A stretch of DNA of 64,000 bases, from the NCBI GenBank assembly GCA_002452295.1, contig DKEX01000081.1:1329-65328 (forward strand). Reading direction: 5' to 3'. Position 1 is the first letter of the stretch. Each line of letters starts with the position of its first letter. A program made the position numbers and the translations under genes. Shown in pieces: positions 42,890 through 52,428 of this stretch. The notes under the pieces were generated by a model. The model was not told the origin of the DNA, did no database searches, and saw only the letters and a program-made list of their open reading frames with translations. Source of the stretch: Firmicutes bacterium UBA6811. Lineage in GTDB: Bacteria; Bacillota; SHA-98; UBA4971.

Positions 42890-43315
42890 TCAAAGGACCC
42901 ACAGGAACAGCACGGCCAGCCCGGCGATGGCCAAGATCTGCGTGAACGCGCCCCAGGGGAAGGCGAGGCGCCCGTGGCGAACGAGGCCGTTGTGGCTGGG
43001 GAACAGCAACCTGAGGGGTCCGTGCGGCCCGTACGCCTTCGGGAACAGGAAGGCGGCCGCAACCTCCAGGTCGGGCAGGGCCCCGCCCAGCCCGCCTGCG
43101 ATGGCACGCACGTCGGCCCCTGCCATCAGTATACAAAACGCGAAAAGGCCGGTAACAGCGACGTCGAGAACTCCCTGAGCGGCGCGGCTGTAATCGGAGT
43201 GCGGCACCCTGTCGAGCACCGCGTGGGTCACGAGCCCCGCAACAGCCGCGCCGGCCGGGCCAGGGGTCGCCGCTCCGACGATGGCGCCGGCGATGAAGTG
43301 GGTGATGCAATACAC
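42890..43315 (-). CDS. Putative membrane-bound metal-dependent hydrolase (DUF457-like)
   Basis: 141 aa and hydrophobic, with N-terminal M..THFIAG, HAVLDRVPHSD, LPD and HNGLVRHG histidine/aspartate blocks arranged as in DUF457/YdjM. Support is weak. Confidence 0.45.
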   Translation of the reverse strand: MYCITHFIAGAIVGAATPGPAGAAVAGLVTHAVLDRVPHSDYSRAAQGVLDVAVTGLFAFCILMAGADVRAIAGGLGGALPDLEVAAAFLFPKAYGPHGPLRLLFPSHNGLVRHGRLAFPWGAFTQILAIAGLAVLFLWVL

Positions 43316-43345
43316 TGTAACAGGACTCCTCCCCGGGCCAGCCCG

Positions 43346-43774
43346 TCAATGAGGCTGTCTTACGTTGTGTTTCGACGGGTCGCCCGCCAGATCCTGCGCC
43401 GTGCTCCGCGGCCGTATCAGGCCCTGCCCCTGCTGCCTCCCCAGGCGAGCGCGGAGCCTGGCGCAGGCCCCGGCTATGGCGGTGGCGACGTGGCGGGCGC
43501 TCTCTAGCGCCACCACCGAGACCTCGTGCCATGTGCGCCGGGCGACCATGACCTCGTCGCCGAGGTCCACGGCAAACGCCTCGCCCAGCAGGTAGACCCG
43601 GTACCTGTGCTCCGCCAGACGCGAGATGTTCACGGACGACACAGGCCTGTCCACCCCGACCAGGTCGTTCTGGGCGCGCTCCGCCAGGTTCAGGCCACAC
43701 GCGGTGAGCGCGACGAAGGCTACGACGCACGCGGCCTGCGCGGCCGCCCGGGCGACGATGCCCTTGCACCTCAT
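43346..43774 (-). CDS. Putative lipoprotein, unknown function
   Basis: The likely start MRCKGIVARAAAQAACVVAFVALTACGLN contains a lipobox LTAC. It lies directly downstream of the spoIIP stop. The track ORF extends upstream into spoIIP. Confidence 0.4.
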   Translation of the reverse strand: MRCKGIVARAAAQAACVVAFVALTACGLNLAERAQNDLVGVDRPVSSVNISRLAEHRYRVYLLGEAFAVDLGDEVMVARRTWHEVSVVALESARHVATAIAGACARLRARLGRQQGQGLIRPRSTAQDLAGDPSKHNVRQPH

Positions 43775-45144
43775 CTCTGGATGTCCCCCAGAACGCATGC
43801 CACGACGTCCGCCAGGCACGATGCCGCGACCTCCGCCTCCTGCCTCGTGTTCCGCTCGCATCCGATTTCCAGGATGACGGCCCTGTTGTGGACGTGCTGG
43901 TTCCAGCGGGCATCGTCGCGGACATTGATGCCCCTCGATAGCCCCGGGTACATCTCATCCATCTTGGCGTTGAGCTGGTATGCAAACGCCAGGTTCTCGC
44001 GCCAGTGCGGGTGAGGAAGGCCGAACCTATCGGTGGTCACCACCACGAAGACTCGGCAGGCCTTCTGGCCGTTGATCTCCACGGTGGGGGAGCCCGAGAG
44101 ACGCGTGGTGCCGGCATCACGGTGTACGTCGAACACCATTTCTATCGTGGGGTTCTTCTCCAGAGCCTGGGAGACGGTCTTGAAGGAGTTGATGTAAGCC
44201 TCGCGCCACACAGGGTAGTCGTGGACCTTGCGCGAGTGGACCACAGGGATGTTGTACCTTTCTGACAGGCTCTTTGCAAGCACATCCCCCACGGCAATGA
44301 CCCCCTCGTCGCTGCCCCAGACGTGGTCAGCACCAGACGTCAGCCGATAGGCCTCGGAGCTGTGGGAGTGGTAGATGAACACGAGCGGCTTGTCGCCCCA
44401 CCCCCGCGACGGCCCGCGCTGTGGCGGCGCCTCAGGAGCGGCCGGCAGCGGCCTCGGGACCACCACAGGCGGCAGGGGTTCCTGGGGCCGGACGGGGCGC
44501 AGGGGAGGATGTTCAAGTGTGTCGCGCTCATCAGGCAGGCCTGCAGATTCGCGCATGGGCCCCGCCACGCCGGCAGCGGCTCGGTCGGCGCTTCCCGGCC
44601 TTGTGGCGACCGGCGTCGCCCTCGCCGGAGCTCGAAACCCCGGTATACCTATGGTGAAGAACGTCCTCGGGTCCGCCAGGTCGGCCTGGGAAAGGGCGCG
44701 CACAAGAGACCGCAGCCCACCTGGCGCCTGTCCCGGGAGCGTGGCCCCGCTTTCGCCGGCCCCGGCGAACATTGGAATGGCGCTCTCGAGCAGCCCGCGT
44801 GGCACCAGGGTTCCCACCACCGCCCCGGCCTCGCCTGCCAGTCTTCGTTCGCCTTCGACGAGGAACCCGCTGAATACAGGCACAAGCCCGCCGTCCGCCG
44901 GGACGCTCCTGAGTTCAATAAAGCCCGCGAGGCTCATTCCGAGGCCTACCAGGAGCACTGCGGAGTACAGGAACGCCGGGCCCCACGGCCTTGCGGCAGC
45001 ACTACGCTCCAGCACCCTCCGGGTGCGCCTTCTGACGCGCCTGGGCCACCTCGGGTGTCTCCACGCGGATCTCAATGCAACTCCACCCTCCCGTTCACAG
45101 GGGTTGCCTGTCCAGCCGGCCGGGGGCGGCCCCTGCCTGCTCAA
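43771..45144 (-). CDS. spoIIP: Stage II sporulation protein P (SpoIIP)
   Basis: The C-terminal SpoIIP amidase-like domain, LVFIYHSHSSEAY...FDVHRD...RVFVVVTT...AVILEIG. N-terminal TM segment. The start codon is uncertain; the track ORF begins at a TTG. Confidence 0.8.
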   Translation of the reverse strand: MSRQGPPPAGWTGNPCEREGGVALRSAWRHPRWPRRVRRRTRRVLERSAAARPWGPAFLYSAVLLVGLGMSLAGFIELRSVPADGGLVPVFSGFLVEGERRLAGEAGAVVGTLVPRGLLESAIPMFAGAGESGATLPGQAPGGLRSLVRALSQADLADPRTFFTIGIPGFRAPARATPVATRPGSADRAAAGVAGPMRESAGLPDERDTLEHPPLRPVRPQEPLPPVVVPRPLPAAPEAPPQRGPSRGWGDKPLVFIYHSHSSEAYRLTSGADHVWGSDEGVIAVGDVLAKSLSERYNIPVVHSRKVHDYPVWREAYINSFKTVSQALEKNPTIEMVFDVHRDAGTTRLSGSPTVEINGQKACRVFVVVTTDRFGLPHPHWRENLAFAYQLNAKMDEMYPGLSRGINVRDDARWNQHVHNRAVILEIGCERNTRQEAEVAASCLADVVACVLGDIQR

Positions 45145-45176
45145 CTCATCTATATGAGCCGGGCGGGTGGTTTAGA

Positions 45177-46154
45177 CTACGAAAGGTAGGCGAGTATCCT
45201 GTCCCAGTCCATGGACGGGTGAAGCGCGGCGTTGAGGCCTCCGGCAACGACGGTGGCAAGGTCCTCCACCAGATCGTCAATCTCCTTGGGGGTAACGACC
45301 AGGGCCCCGAAATGGGGAGCGAGCGCCTGCCTCAGGAACTGGCGCCTCTGGGCCGCGCCCGGCCCCGGCGCCGGTCCGGCGGCGCCGGGCGCCCCGGGCC
45401 GTTGTTGTCGCTGCATGAACTCCATTGCGTCAAGGGCTATCGTCTCCGCCGCCACCACGGTGGGCACGCCGACCGCGATCACCGGCACCCCCAGGCTCTC
45501 CCTCGTGATGCCAAGGCGCTTGTTGCCGACGCCCGACCCCGGCCTGATGCCGGTGTCACCCATCTGGATGGTCGTGCCCAGCCGGCCCGTTGACATGGAG
45601 GCAAGGGCGTCAACCACCACAACCAGGTCCGGCCTGACATTGCTCACCACCCCGCGGATTATCTCTCCTGTCTCGATGCCGGTGAGCCCGAGCACGCCCG
45701 GGGCGATGGCGCACACCGGGCGCATGCCGCCTCGAAGCTCCGGGGGAACCAGGGCGTGGAGGTGCCTGGTGACGGTCAGGTACTCGACCGTGCGTGGACC
45801 CAGGGCATCGGGCGTTGCCTGCCAGTTGCCCAGGCCCGCCACCAGCACCGTTGCGTCGGGACCCAGGGGCGCGAGACGCATGAACTCGCGGGCGAAGGTC
45901 TGGGCAAGGTCCTCCTCTATCTCCTTGTTCCGGCTGCGAAGATGGGGCGACTCGATTGTCACGTAGTTGCCCCGCACCTTCCCGAGGGCCCGCTCAGCCT
46001 CCCCGGTGAGCACCTTCACCCGGGTTATGGTAGCGTACCGGGTCTTCTCAGTCTCCGAGAGCACCCCCGGCAGCTCCGCCCCTGTCCTCCGGGATACCAG
46101 CTCCCGCGCCTCGAGGGCAAGGTCGGTCCGCACGCCGAAGCTGTCCCAGATCAC
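45177..46154 (-). CDS. gpr: Germination protease (GPR endopeptidase)
   Basis: VRTDLALEA...LVAGLGNWQATPDALGP...GITGIETGEII...IQMGDTGIRPGSGVGNKR matches B. subtilis Gpr closely. The start was placed at the GTG at 46154. The track ORF extends to 46250. Confidence 0.85.
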   Translation of the reverse strand: MIWDSFGVRTDLALEARELVSRRTGAELPGVLSETEKTRYATITRVKVLTGEAERALGKVRGNYVTIESPHLRSRNKEIEEDLAQTFAREFMRLAPLGPDATVLVAGLGNWQATPDALGPRTVEYLTVTRHLHALVPPELRGGMRPVCAIAPGVLGLTGIETGEIIRGVVSNVRPDLVVVVDALASMSTGRLGTTIQMGDTGIRPGSGVGNKRLGITRESLGVPVIAVGVPTVVAAETIALDAMEFMQRQQRPGAPGAAGPAPGPGAAQRRQFLRQALAPHFGALVVTPKEIDDLVEDLATVVAGGLNAALHPSMDWDRILAYLS

Positions 46155-46322
46155 GTCCGGGACCTGGCTCCCAGGTGCAGCACCGCTCTCGCGGACAGCG
46201 CGCAGTCCGCCTCGTGTCGAGCGTCGGCTTCCTCTGCCAGATGACTGCACTTGTCATCACCTCATCACAATCCGGTGTCCTAACTCCGGCAGGGAGAAAC
46301 CTGCAACTGGACGGGCGAGAGC

Positions 46323-46673
46323 CTACCCGGCCTCCGCCGGCACGAGGAAGTCGACAAGCCCCACGATGAGGCCGGTCGCAAGGGCCCCTGCCACAGGCAC
46401 CCTCATGCCCGGGACGATGAACTGCGCCAGGTATACACCGCCTGCGCAGGTGAAAAGGCCCACCACGGCGCGGGCCTGCGCCTTCGGCGCGGGGCCGAGC
46501 AGGCTCTCGACAAGATACCCTGAGGCCGACGCCGCGACCGCCGCAGGGATCGCCCCCGAGAACCCGCCCGGAGCGAAGCCCGGCATGACGTAGCCGAGAC
46601 CCAGAACGACGGCGGTGCACGCGAGAAATCTTGTCGCAGCCCCGAACAGCACCGCCCCGACCTCCGTGTCCAT
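46323..46673 (-). CDS. Small hypothetical membrane protein (about 3-4 TM)
   Basis: A hydrophobic ORF between gpr and rpsT. The start was set at MDTEVGAV... because the track ORF's first 55 codons look non-coding. There is no convincing SD. Confidence 0.3.
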   Translation of the reverse strand: MDTEVGAVLFGAATRFLACTAVVLGLGYVMPGFAPGGFSGAIPAAVAASASGYLVESLLGPAPKAQARAVVGLFTCAGGVYLAQFIVPGMRVPVAGALATGLIVGLVDFLVPAEAG

Positions 46674-46789
46674 GCTCCGCGTCCATGGCGGCACAATGCG
46701 CGTTAGCAGAGGTGTATGCCCCGCCCGTGTGCTATCCTTCCCAGCGTCGGCCGCCGGTATCCCAATTTTCGGCGGTCCGGCCCAAGCCC

Positions 46790-46818
46790 GTTGCAGTTCG
46801 GGTCGCCTCATGGTAGAA
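46790..46818 (+). promoter_or_regulatory. sigma-A promoter of rpsT
   Basis: TTGCAG (46790-46795), a 17-bp spacer, and TGgTAGAAT extended -10 (46813-46818). Confidence 0.6.
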
Positions 46819-46858
46819 TTGGTTTCGTGATCGGCCAAGTTACAAGGAGGTTGAAGCG

Positions 46859-47144
46859 TTTGCCCAATATCAAGTCGGCAGAAAAGCGAGCCAGGGTGGC
46901 CCGGGTGAGGACCCTGCGCAATGCATCCACCAAATCCTCGGTCAAGACGGCGGTCAAGAAGTACGAACAGCAGCTCGGGCAGGGTGAGGTGTCAGCGGCC
47001 GAGGCGGCCCTGCGCAAGGCCACAAGCGCCATCGACAAGGCTGCGAGGAAGGGCGTCATCCACAAGAACCAGGCGGCCCGACGCAAGTCCCGCCTGGCGA
47101 AGAAGCTCGTTGCCGTCGCCCGCGTGGGTGGGGCCGAGGAGTAA
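46859..47144 (+). CDS. rpsT: 30S ribosomal protein S20
   Basis: TTG start preceded by AAGGAGG. (M)PNIKSAEKRARVARVRTLRNASTKSSVKTAVKKYEQ is the S20 signature. The track ORF 46716..47144 includes an artefactual N-terminal extension. Confidence 0.9.
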
Positions 47145-47185
47145 GAACCGCCATTGCCCCCGGACGGCGGGCATGGCATCACCTG

Positions 47186-48241
47186 TTAGCGGCCCTGAGG
47201 CCCGGCGGGGCGCGCCTGGCGGCCGCCCCCGTGGGTACACAGGTGCACAATCAGCTTCTCCAGCACCACTTCCCCGGGAGCGCCCGAGCTCTTGAGGTCC
47301 ACGTCGGCGCGGGCCAGCGCAGTAAAGGCATTCTCGAGGTCTTCGATGTCGAAATGGCGCGCCTGCCCGAGGCACTTGCGCACCATGAACTCCTGCAGGC
47401 GCGTGGCGGCGACGATCTTCTGTACGGTCGCGCCCTGCTCCTGCAGGGCTTTTGTCTGCAGGATGAGCCTTATCTGCCGCGCGATCATGGCGAGCATGCG
47501 CACAGGCACCTCTCCGAAACCAAGCAACCTGCGGGCGGCGGCAAGGGCTTTCGCCGTGTCCCGTTGCCCTATGGCGTCCACAAGGTCGAAGATGCCAAGC
47601 GCAGGCTCGCCCGCGGCCGCCGCCTTCACGTGGTCGAGCGTGACCTGCAGCCGCGGCGCGTCGGCGCCGCCGCCTGCCGGCCGCCCCGCCCCTGCCGCAC
47701 CGACCCCCGCATAGTCGCACGCCTTCTCCAACCCCTCTGCAAGCCTCGCCACGCTGGTGCCGACGACCCTCACGAGGTACTCCTGCGCCTCGGGCCGGAT
47801 ATCGACGCCGCGCTGCCGCGCGCGCCTGCCCAGCCAGGCCGCAGCCTCGCTTTCATAGAGACGCCTGTAACGCACGACCCGCCCCATCCGCGCCACGGCC
47901 TTGCAAGCCACAGTTCTCTCGTCGACGCATGCTGCGACAAGGATCGCAACGCTTGTCCGGGGCATCCTCTCGAGCGCGCCCACAAGGGATTTCTGCTGGT
48001 CCGAGGAAAGCTCGTCAAACCCGCGAACGACCACGACGCGCCTTTCGCCGAACGCAGGCGGAGACATGAGCGCGGCCGCCATGCATGTAACGTCCGCGTC
48101 GCCCGCCCTGAAGGCGCTGTAGTTGAAGTCCCGCATATCGGGATCCAGGCAAGCGTCAACGATCTTGCTCGCCGCCTCGTCGCGGAGGTACTCTTCGTCG
48201 CCGTACAGCAGATACACCGGCCTTGGCCTGCCCGATCTCAT
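47186..48241 (-). CDS. holA: DNA polymerase III delta subunit
   Basis: PVYLLYGDEEYLRDEAASKIVDACLDP and HolA family length. Its position convergent to rpsT matches Bacillus. Confidence 0.85.
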   Translation of the reverse strand: MRSGRPRPVYLLYGDEEYLRDEAASKIVDACLDPDMRDFNYSAFRAGDADVTCMAAALMSPPAFGERRVVVVRGFDELSSDQQKSLVGALERMPRTSVAILVAACVDERTVACKAVARMGRVVRYRRLYESEAAAWLGRRARQRGVDIRPEAQEYLVRVVGTSVARLAEGLEKACDYAGVGAAGAGRPAGGGADAPRLQVTLDHVKAAAAGEPALGIFDLVDAIGQRDTAKALAAARRLLGFGEVPVRMLAMIARQIRLILQTKALQEQGATVQKIVAATRLQEFMVRKCLGQARHFDIEDLENAFTALARADVDLKSSGAPGEVVLEKLIVHLCTHGGGRQARPAGPQGR

Positions 48242-48322
48242 GTCGCTTGCCACGTCGCCCGGCCCTGTAGCCATCCCACACCTTCTCCCCTGTCACGGTG
48301 CTCCGGCGCGAACAGGCCGCCT

Positions 48323-49204
48323 TCAGCTCTTGAGCCCGGTCCGCGCGATCCCCTGGATGAACTGCCTCTGAACGAAGAAGAACCCGATCACCACTGGCAT
48401 TATAGCCATTGTGGACGCCGCCATCAACAGGGTCGGCACGGTGCCGTGCTCCTGCATGAACGTGGACAGCCCCACCTGGATGGTGCGCATCCTGTCGGTG
48501 TTCGTCACGATGAGCGGCCAGAGGAACGCGTTCCAGCTCCCGATGAACGTGAACAGGCCGCAAGTTATGAACACCGGCCTTGAAAGCGGCACCATGACCC
48601 TCCACAGGTACCCGAAGCGGGTGCACCCGTCGATCTGGGCGGCGTCGTACAGCTCGCGCGGGATGGTCTGGAAGAACTGCCGCATCAGGAAGATGCTGAA
48701 CACGCTTGCAAGCCAGGGCACGATAAGGGCGTAGTATTTATCGATCCAGTCCAGCTTGAACAGGAGCACGTAGTTGGGAACCAGGGTCATCTGGTCTGGG
48801 ATCATCATCGTCCCCAGGAAGAGCGTGAAGATGACCTCGCGCCCGAGGAAATTCATGGTGGCGAACGCGTAGGCAGCCAGCGCCGAGAACGTGAGCTGGC
48901 CGATAGTGGTGGCCGTGGCCACGAACGCGCTGTTGAAGAAGTACCTGGTGAACGGGGCCTCATTCCACGCGTCCGCGTAGTTCGACCACACGAGACGCGA
49001 CGGTATCCACTTGATGGGGACCGTGAACACCTCGCTGTAGTCCTTGAGGGATGTCGAGATCATCCAGGCGAACGGCGCGAGCATGACGATGGCGCCCGCA
49101 AGGAGAAGAGCGTGGATGCCCGCGGATCGAAGGAGGCGGGCGGTTATCGCGCCGGGCCTCGGACGGCTTCTGGAGTGATTCATCGTTCGACGCCTCCCTC
49201 TCAC
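48323..49204 (-). CDS. Carbohydrate ABC transporter permease (MalG/AraQ-like, CUT1)
   Basis: The EAA-loop motif YDAAQIDGCTRFGYLWRVMVPLSRPV and 6 TM segments. The GTG start overlaps the stop of the upstream permease as GTGA. Confidence 0.85.
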   Translation of the reverse strand: MRGRRRTMNHSRSRPRPGAITARLLRSAGIHALLLAGAIVMLAPFAWMISTSLKDYSEVFTVPIKWIPSRLVWSNYADAWNEAPFTRYFFNSAFVATATTIGQLTFSALAAYAFATMNFLGREVIFTLFLGTMMIPDQMTLVPNYVLLFKLDWIDKYYALIVPWLASVFSIFLMRQFFQTIPRELYDAAQIDGCTRFGYLWRVMVPLSRPVFITCGLFTFIGSWNAFLWPLIVTNTDRMRTIQVGLSTFMQEHGTVPTLLMAASTMAIMPVVIGFFFVQRQFIQGIARTGLKS

Positions 49205-50121
49205 TGATAATGAACCCGCGAACCAATGTACTTTCGCTGCAGGAGCGTCAGCGTGAATATGATGATGAACAGGGCATACGCCATCGCCGACGCATAGCCC
49301 ATCTTGAAGTCCTCAAACCCGATCTTGTAGAGGTAGTACACCACCACGAGGGTACTCTTGAGGGGCCCGCCCCTGGTCATGACGTACACCTGGCTGAACA
49401 CCTGGAACGAGCCGATGACCGATATGATGAGGACGAAGAACGTGGTCGGCGACAGGAGCGGCCAGGTGATGTGCCTGAACATGGACAAGCCCTTCGCCCC
49501 GTCTATCTGCGCTGCTTCGTAGTACTCGCTGGAGATGTTCTGTAGCCCGGCCAGGAAGATGACCACGTTGTACCCGAGACCCTTCCAGATGCTCATCAGG
49601 ATTATGCATGGCATGGCCCACCTCGGGTCGAGGAGCCACGACTGGATGGGAAGCCCGAGCCTGTCCAGGAGGCCGTTGAGAAGCCCGGAGTAGTCGGGGT
49701 GATATATCCAGAACCAGATGATCGCCACCGCGTTGGCGGCGGTGATGACTGGCAGGAAATACACCGTGCGGTACCACGCAAGGCCCCTGATCTTCTGGTT
49801 GAGCAGCACGGCAACCAGCAGGGCGGCGGCCATGGACGTCGGCACGGTGCCGACCACGTAGTACACCGTGTTTACAAGGGATGTTATGAAGTCGGAGTCC
49901 TGGAGGAGCGCCGCGTAGTTTGCAAATCCCACGAAGGCGGGGTTCGGGCTTATGTAGTTCCACTCGAGAAGACTCACGTAGAACGCGTAAAGCACCGGCG
50001 CGAAGTGGAATGTCACGAGCACCGCCGTGGCAGGCAAAAGATAAAGGTACGCGGTGAATGTCTCCGTGAGAAACTTGTGCCGTCTTGCCGCGTCCCTCGC
50101 CGTGGTTCGTTGGAACGGCAC
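49201..50121 (-). CDS. Carbohydrate ABC transporter permease (MalF/AraP-like, CUT1)
   Basis: EAAQIDGAKGLSMFRHITWPLLSPT. The GTG at 50121 is preceded by GAAGGTGG. The track ORF extends to 50481 through implausible Trp/Arg-rich sequence. Confidence 0.8.
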   Translation of the reverse strand: MPFQRTTARDAARRHKFLTETFTAYLYLLPATAVLVTFHFAPVLYAFYVSLLEWNYISPNPAFVGFANYAALLQDSDFITSLVNTVYYVVGTVPTSMAAALLVAVLLNQKIRGLAWYRTVYFLPVITAANAVAIIWFWIYHPDYSGLLNGLLDRLGLPIQSWLLDPRWAMPCIILMSIWKGLGYNVVIFLAGLQNISSEYYEAAQIDGAKGLSMFRHITWPLLSPTTFFVLIISVIGSFQVFSQVYVMTRGGPLKSTLVVVYYLYKIGFEDFKMGYASAMAYALFIIIFTLTLLQRKYIGSRVHYQ

Positions 50122-50212
50122 CTCAAAGCACCACCTTCGGCACGTAGCACGCAAGTGCCAGATGCAGTCAGCCCCTGGAACAGGGGCCGCCGGCCACCGG
50201 CGGCCCCGCACA

Positions 50213-52345
50213 TCACCGCGACAATAGCCACGCCACGAGCCTCGCCATGAACTCCTCGTTCCCGAGGCCGGGCCGCAGGTCGTAGACGGAGTACATCGGC
50301 GCTCCCATGGCCACCACGCGTCCCTTCCCAACGTCTTCGGCTGCGCACACCACAGGCCCGGACGCATACGGGTGGTACGCGCCTCCACCGTTGGTATCAA
50401 CGCTTCTCGTTCCCTCGCTGCCCACGGCGAGCACCAGCACGCCGCGGCATAGCCCGAGGTCTCCGAACCCGTCGTCAGCAATGGAGCACGCCTGGGTCAT
50501 CCGGAGGGAAAGCGATGGCGCGCCCAGCGCCTGCGTGCCGGCAGGGGTCAGGTTGCACGTGATGGTGGCGCTTGCGGCCGAGTCGGTCTTCTGCTGGACC
50601 TCGTCGTCGGAGAACCTCATGGACGACCCTATAGCGGCCAGGATAGCGTTGAGCTCCCCGGGGCTGCGCGAGGGGTCGGACGCGTCTGACGAGCCCGCAA
50701 GGAGCAAGGCCCCTCCCCTTTCGATGAACTCCCGCACCGCCGCAAGCTCCTCATCATCGAATGCCGTGGGCGTCAGGGAGATCCCTGGCTCGGGGCTCGC
50801 GACGACCAGGAGCGACACGTCCTTGAGCACCTCCCGCGTTATGCGGCCCCGGTTCAGAGCGCCCTCACAGCCTTCGCGGGCAAGGGACTCGAGGAACTTC
50901 CCGCCAAACCCGCTGGCGCGGTTGTTGTGGCCTTCGTCCAGCATCACCTTCGGCAGGGTCTCCGGGAGCACCTTGAGAGGAATCGAGTACACGTTTGCGG
51001 TGTACGTCGGCATGGACGGGTCGACAACTGTGGCGCTGACCGTAACGTCGCCGCTCACAGGACACGCCCATTCGATAGAGAACGGCGCCGTCTCGCCGGG
51101 CCCAGCGTCGGCCCGCACGGCGCCTATGGGCGTACGCCCCGCGCGCGCCGTCGCCGAGAACTCGATGATGGCCCCGTGGACGGCGCTTTCGCCGAGGTTC
51201 ACGACCTCGCCGCGAAGGTGCCCCAAGGCGCCCTTCTTGAGGAAGGGGGCGTCGAAGCGGAGGTCGACGATCATGAGGTCGGACGGGCTCTTCACCCATA
51301 TGGGGCTGGTCACGATGATGTCCCCGTCCTTCTGCTCGGCCCGCACGTAGTACCAGTTGTATCCCTGGCTGGGGACAACGGCGAAAGCCGTGTGGAAAGA
51401 CTCGCCAGGCCCGCCCGCAACCCCGTCCCCCTGAAAGGTCATGACGGCGGCCCCGCGATTCGACCTGACCTCCACCTTCTCCACGACGTCGCCGGGGTCC
51501 GGGTCGCTTATGTCGATCTCGAACTCGACCTCGCCAGGCGGAAGCACCTCCCCCATCCACCTGCCGTTGCCGGTGAATCTCGCCCGGACGTTCTTGTCCT
51601 CCGTGCAATACGTGCACATGGCCCGCAAGGCCTCCAGGAGGTCTTCGCGTGTAAGGGCCCGTGCCACCACGCCTGTCCTGGTGTCAGCCGCCGTGCCCCA
51701 GTCGGCCCTGTGGTTGTCCTGGCTATTGATGGCGCCCACGCGCCAGCCGCGGTCGAGCGCGCGGATGTACGACGCCTCGTAGAACGTGTTCCGGGGATAT
51801 GGACCGGAGCCCACCTCGAGAAGCCTTATGGTCCTGTTGCCGCCAAGGGAGTACTCGAAGTCGTCCCAGTTTCCCTGCTCGTTCCTGCCCGGGTGGTTGA
51901 AGCTGGCGATGCCGTTCTTCCCCTCCATCCAGGCCACAAGGTCGTCGAAGGAGATCTGCTCGTCACGCGAACACGGCTCCGGAGCCTCGATCACGGAGAT
52001 GTGGCCTGCCCCGTGGGTCCACTCGGTGCCCCTGAAAGCCACGAACCTTCCCGGCTCGCAAAACCGCCTCGCAGTCTCCACAAGGGCCTCCCAGTGGTGG
52101 GGGTTCTCGAACATGTAGTAGCCGTGCTCCGTGATTCCGAGGAAATCGAGGTCTGCCACATCCCTTGCATACGTGTACGCGTCTTCGGGCGTGAGCACCC
52201 CGTCGGAATACGAGGTGTGGGAGTGAATCTGGCCGAAGTAGAAGTGCCTGCCGGCCTCCTCGGCCGGAGCGCGCCCCGGGACAACCAGGAACACCAGGAG
52301 AACGAATATGGTGCCGGGCCACAGGCCCTTTCTCACACGTGGCAT
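50213..52345 (-). CDS. Secreted multidomain protein: N-terminal PHP-type metallophosphoesterase domain, a central beta-rich region, and a C-terminal DUF4350/ThuA-like domain
   Basis: A signal peptide, MPRVRKGLWPGTIFVLLVFLVVPGRAPA. PHP motifs GQIHSHTSYSDG and GITEHG, and later HPGRNE. The C-terminal block VMLDEGHNNRASG...LLVVASPEPG...IERGGALLLAG resembles the class-I glutamine amidotransferase-like DUF4350 fold. It is encoded between the SBP and permease genes of one ABC operon. Confidence 0.6.
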   Translation of the reverse strand: MPRVRKGLWPGTIFVLLVFLVVPGRAPAEEAGRHFYFGQIHSHTSYSDGVLTPEDAYTYARDVADLDFLGITEHGYYMFENPHHWEALVETARRFCEPGRFVAFRGTEWTHGAGHISVIEAPEPCSRDEQISFDDLVAWMEGKNGIASFNHPGRNEQGNWDDFEYSLGGNRTIRLLEVGSGPYPRNTFYEASYIRALDRGWRVGAINSQDNHRADWGTAADTRTGVVARALTREDLLEALRAMCTYCTEDKNVRARFTGNGRWMGEVLPPGEVEFEIDISDPDPGDVVEKVEVRSNRGAAVMTFQGDGVAGGPGESFHTAFAVVPSQGYNWYYVRAEQKDGDIIVTSPIWVKSPSDLMIVDLRFDAPFLKKGALGHLRGEVVNLGESAVHGAIIEFSATARAGRTPIGAVRADAGPGETAPFSIEWACPVSGDVTVSATVVDPSMPTYTANVYSIPLKVLPETLPKVMLDEGHNNRASGFGGKFLESLAREGCEGALNRGRITREVLKDVSLLVVASPEPGISLTPTAFDDEELAAVREFIERGGALLLAGSSDASDPSRSPGELNAILAAIGSSMRFSDDEVQQKTDSAASATITCNLTPAGTQALGAPSLSLRMTQACSIADDGFGDLGLCRGVLVLAVGSEGTRSVDTNGGGAYHPYASGPVVCAAEDVGKGRVVAMGAPMYSVYDLRPGLGNEEFMARLVAWLLSR

Positions 52346-52428
52346 GGGTACCCTTCCCCCCAGAAAGACCGAGACCGGGGCCCGGGGCGGCTACAGGGCC
52401 GCCCCGGGCCGTGGGTCGTCTTGGCGGT

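Noticed and set aside
44323-45189. Plus-strand ORFs antisense to spoIIP and gpr (for example 44323..45189 and 45232..45966)
   Set aside because: The minus-strand frames match SpoIIP and Gpr over their full length. The plus frames are Arg/Pro-rich artefacts.
47150-47180. Imperfect hairpin between the convergent rpsT and holA, considered as a bidirectional terminator
   Set aside because: The stem has a bulge and no U-tract on either strand. It is plausible but not supportable from sequence alone.
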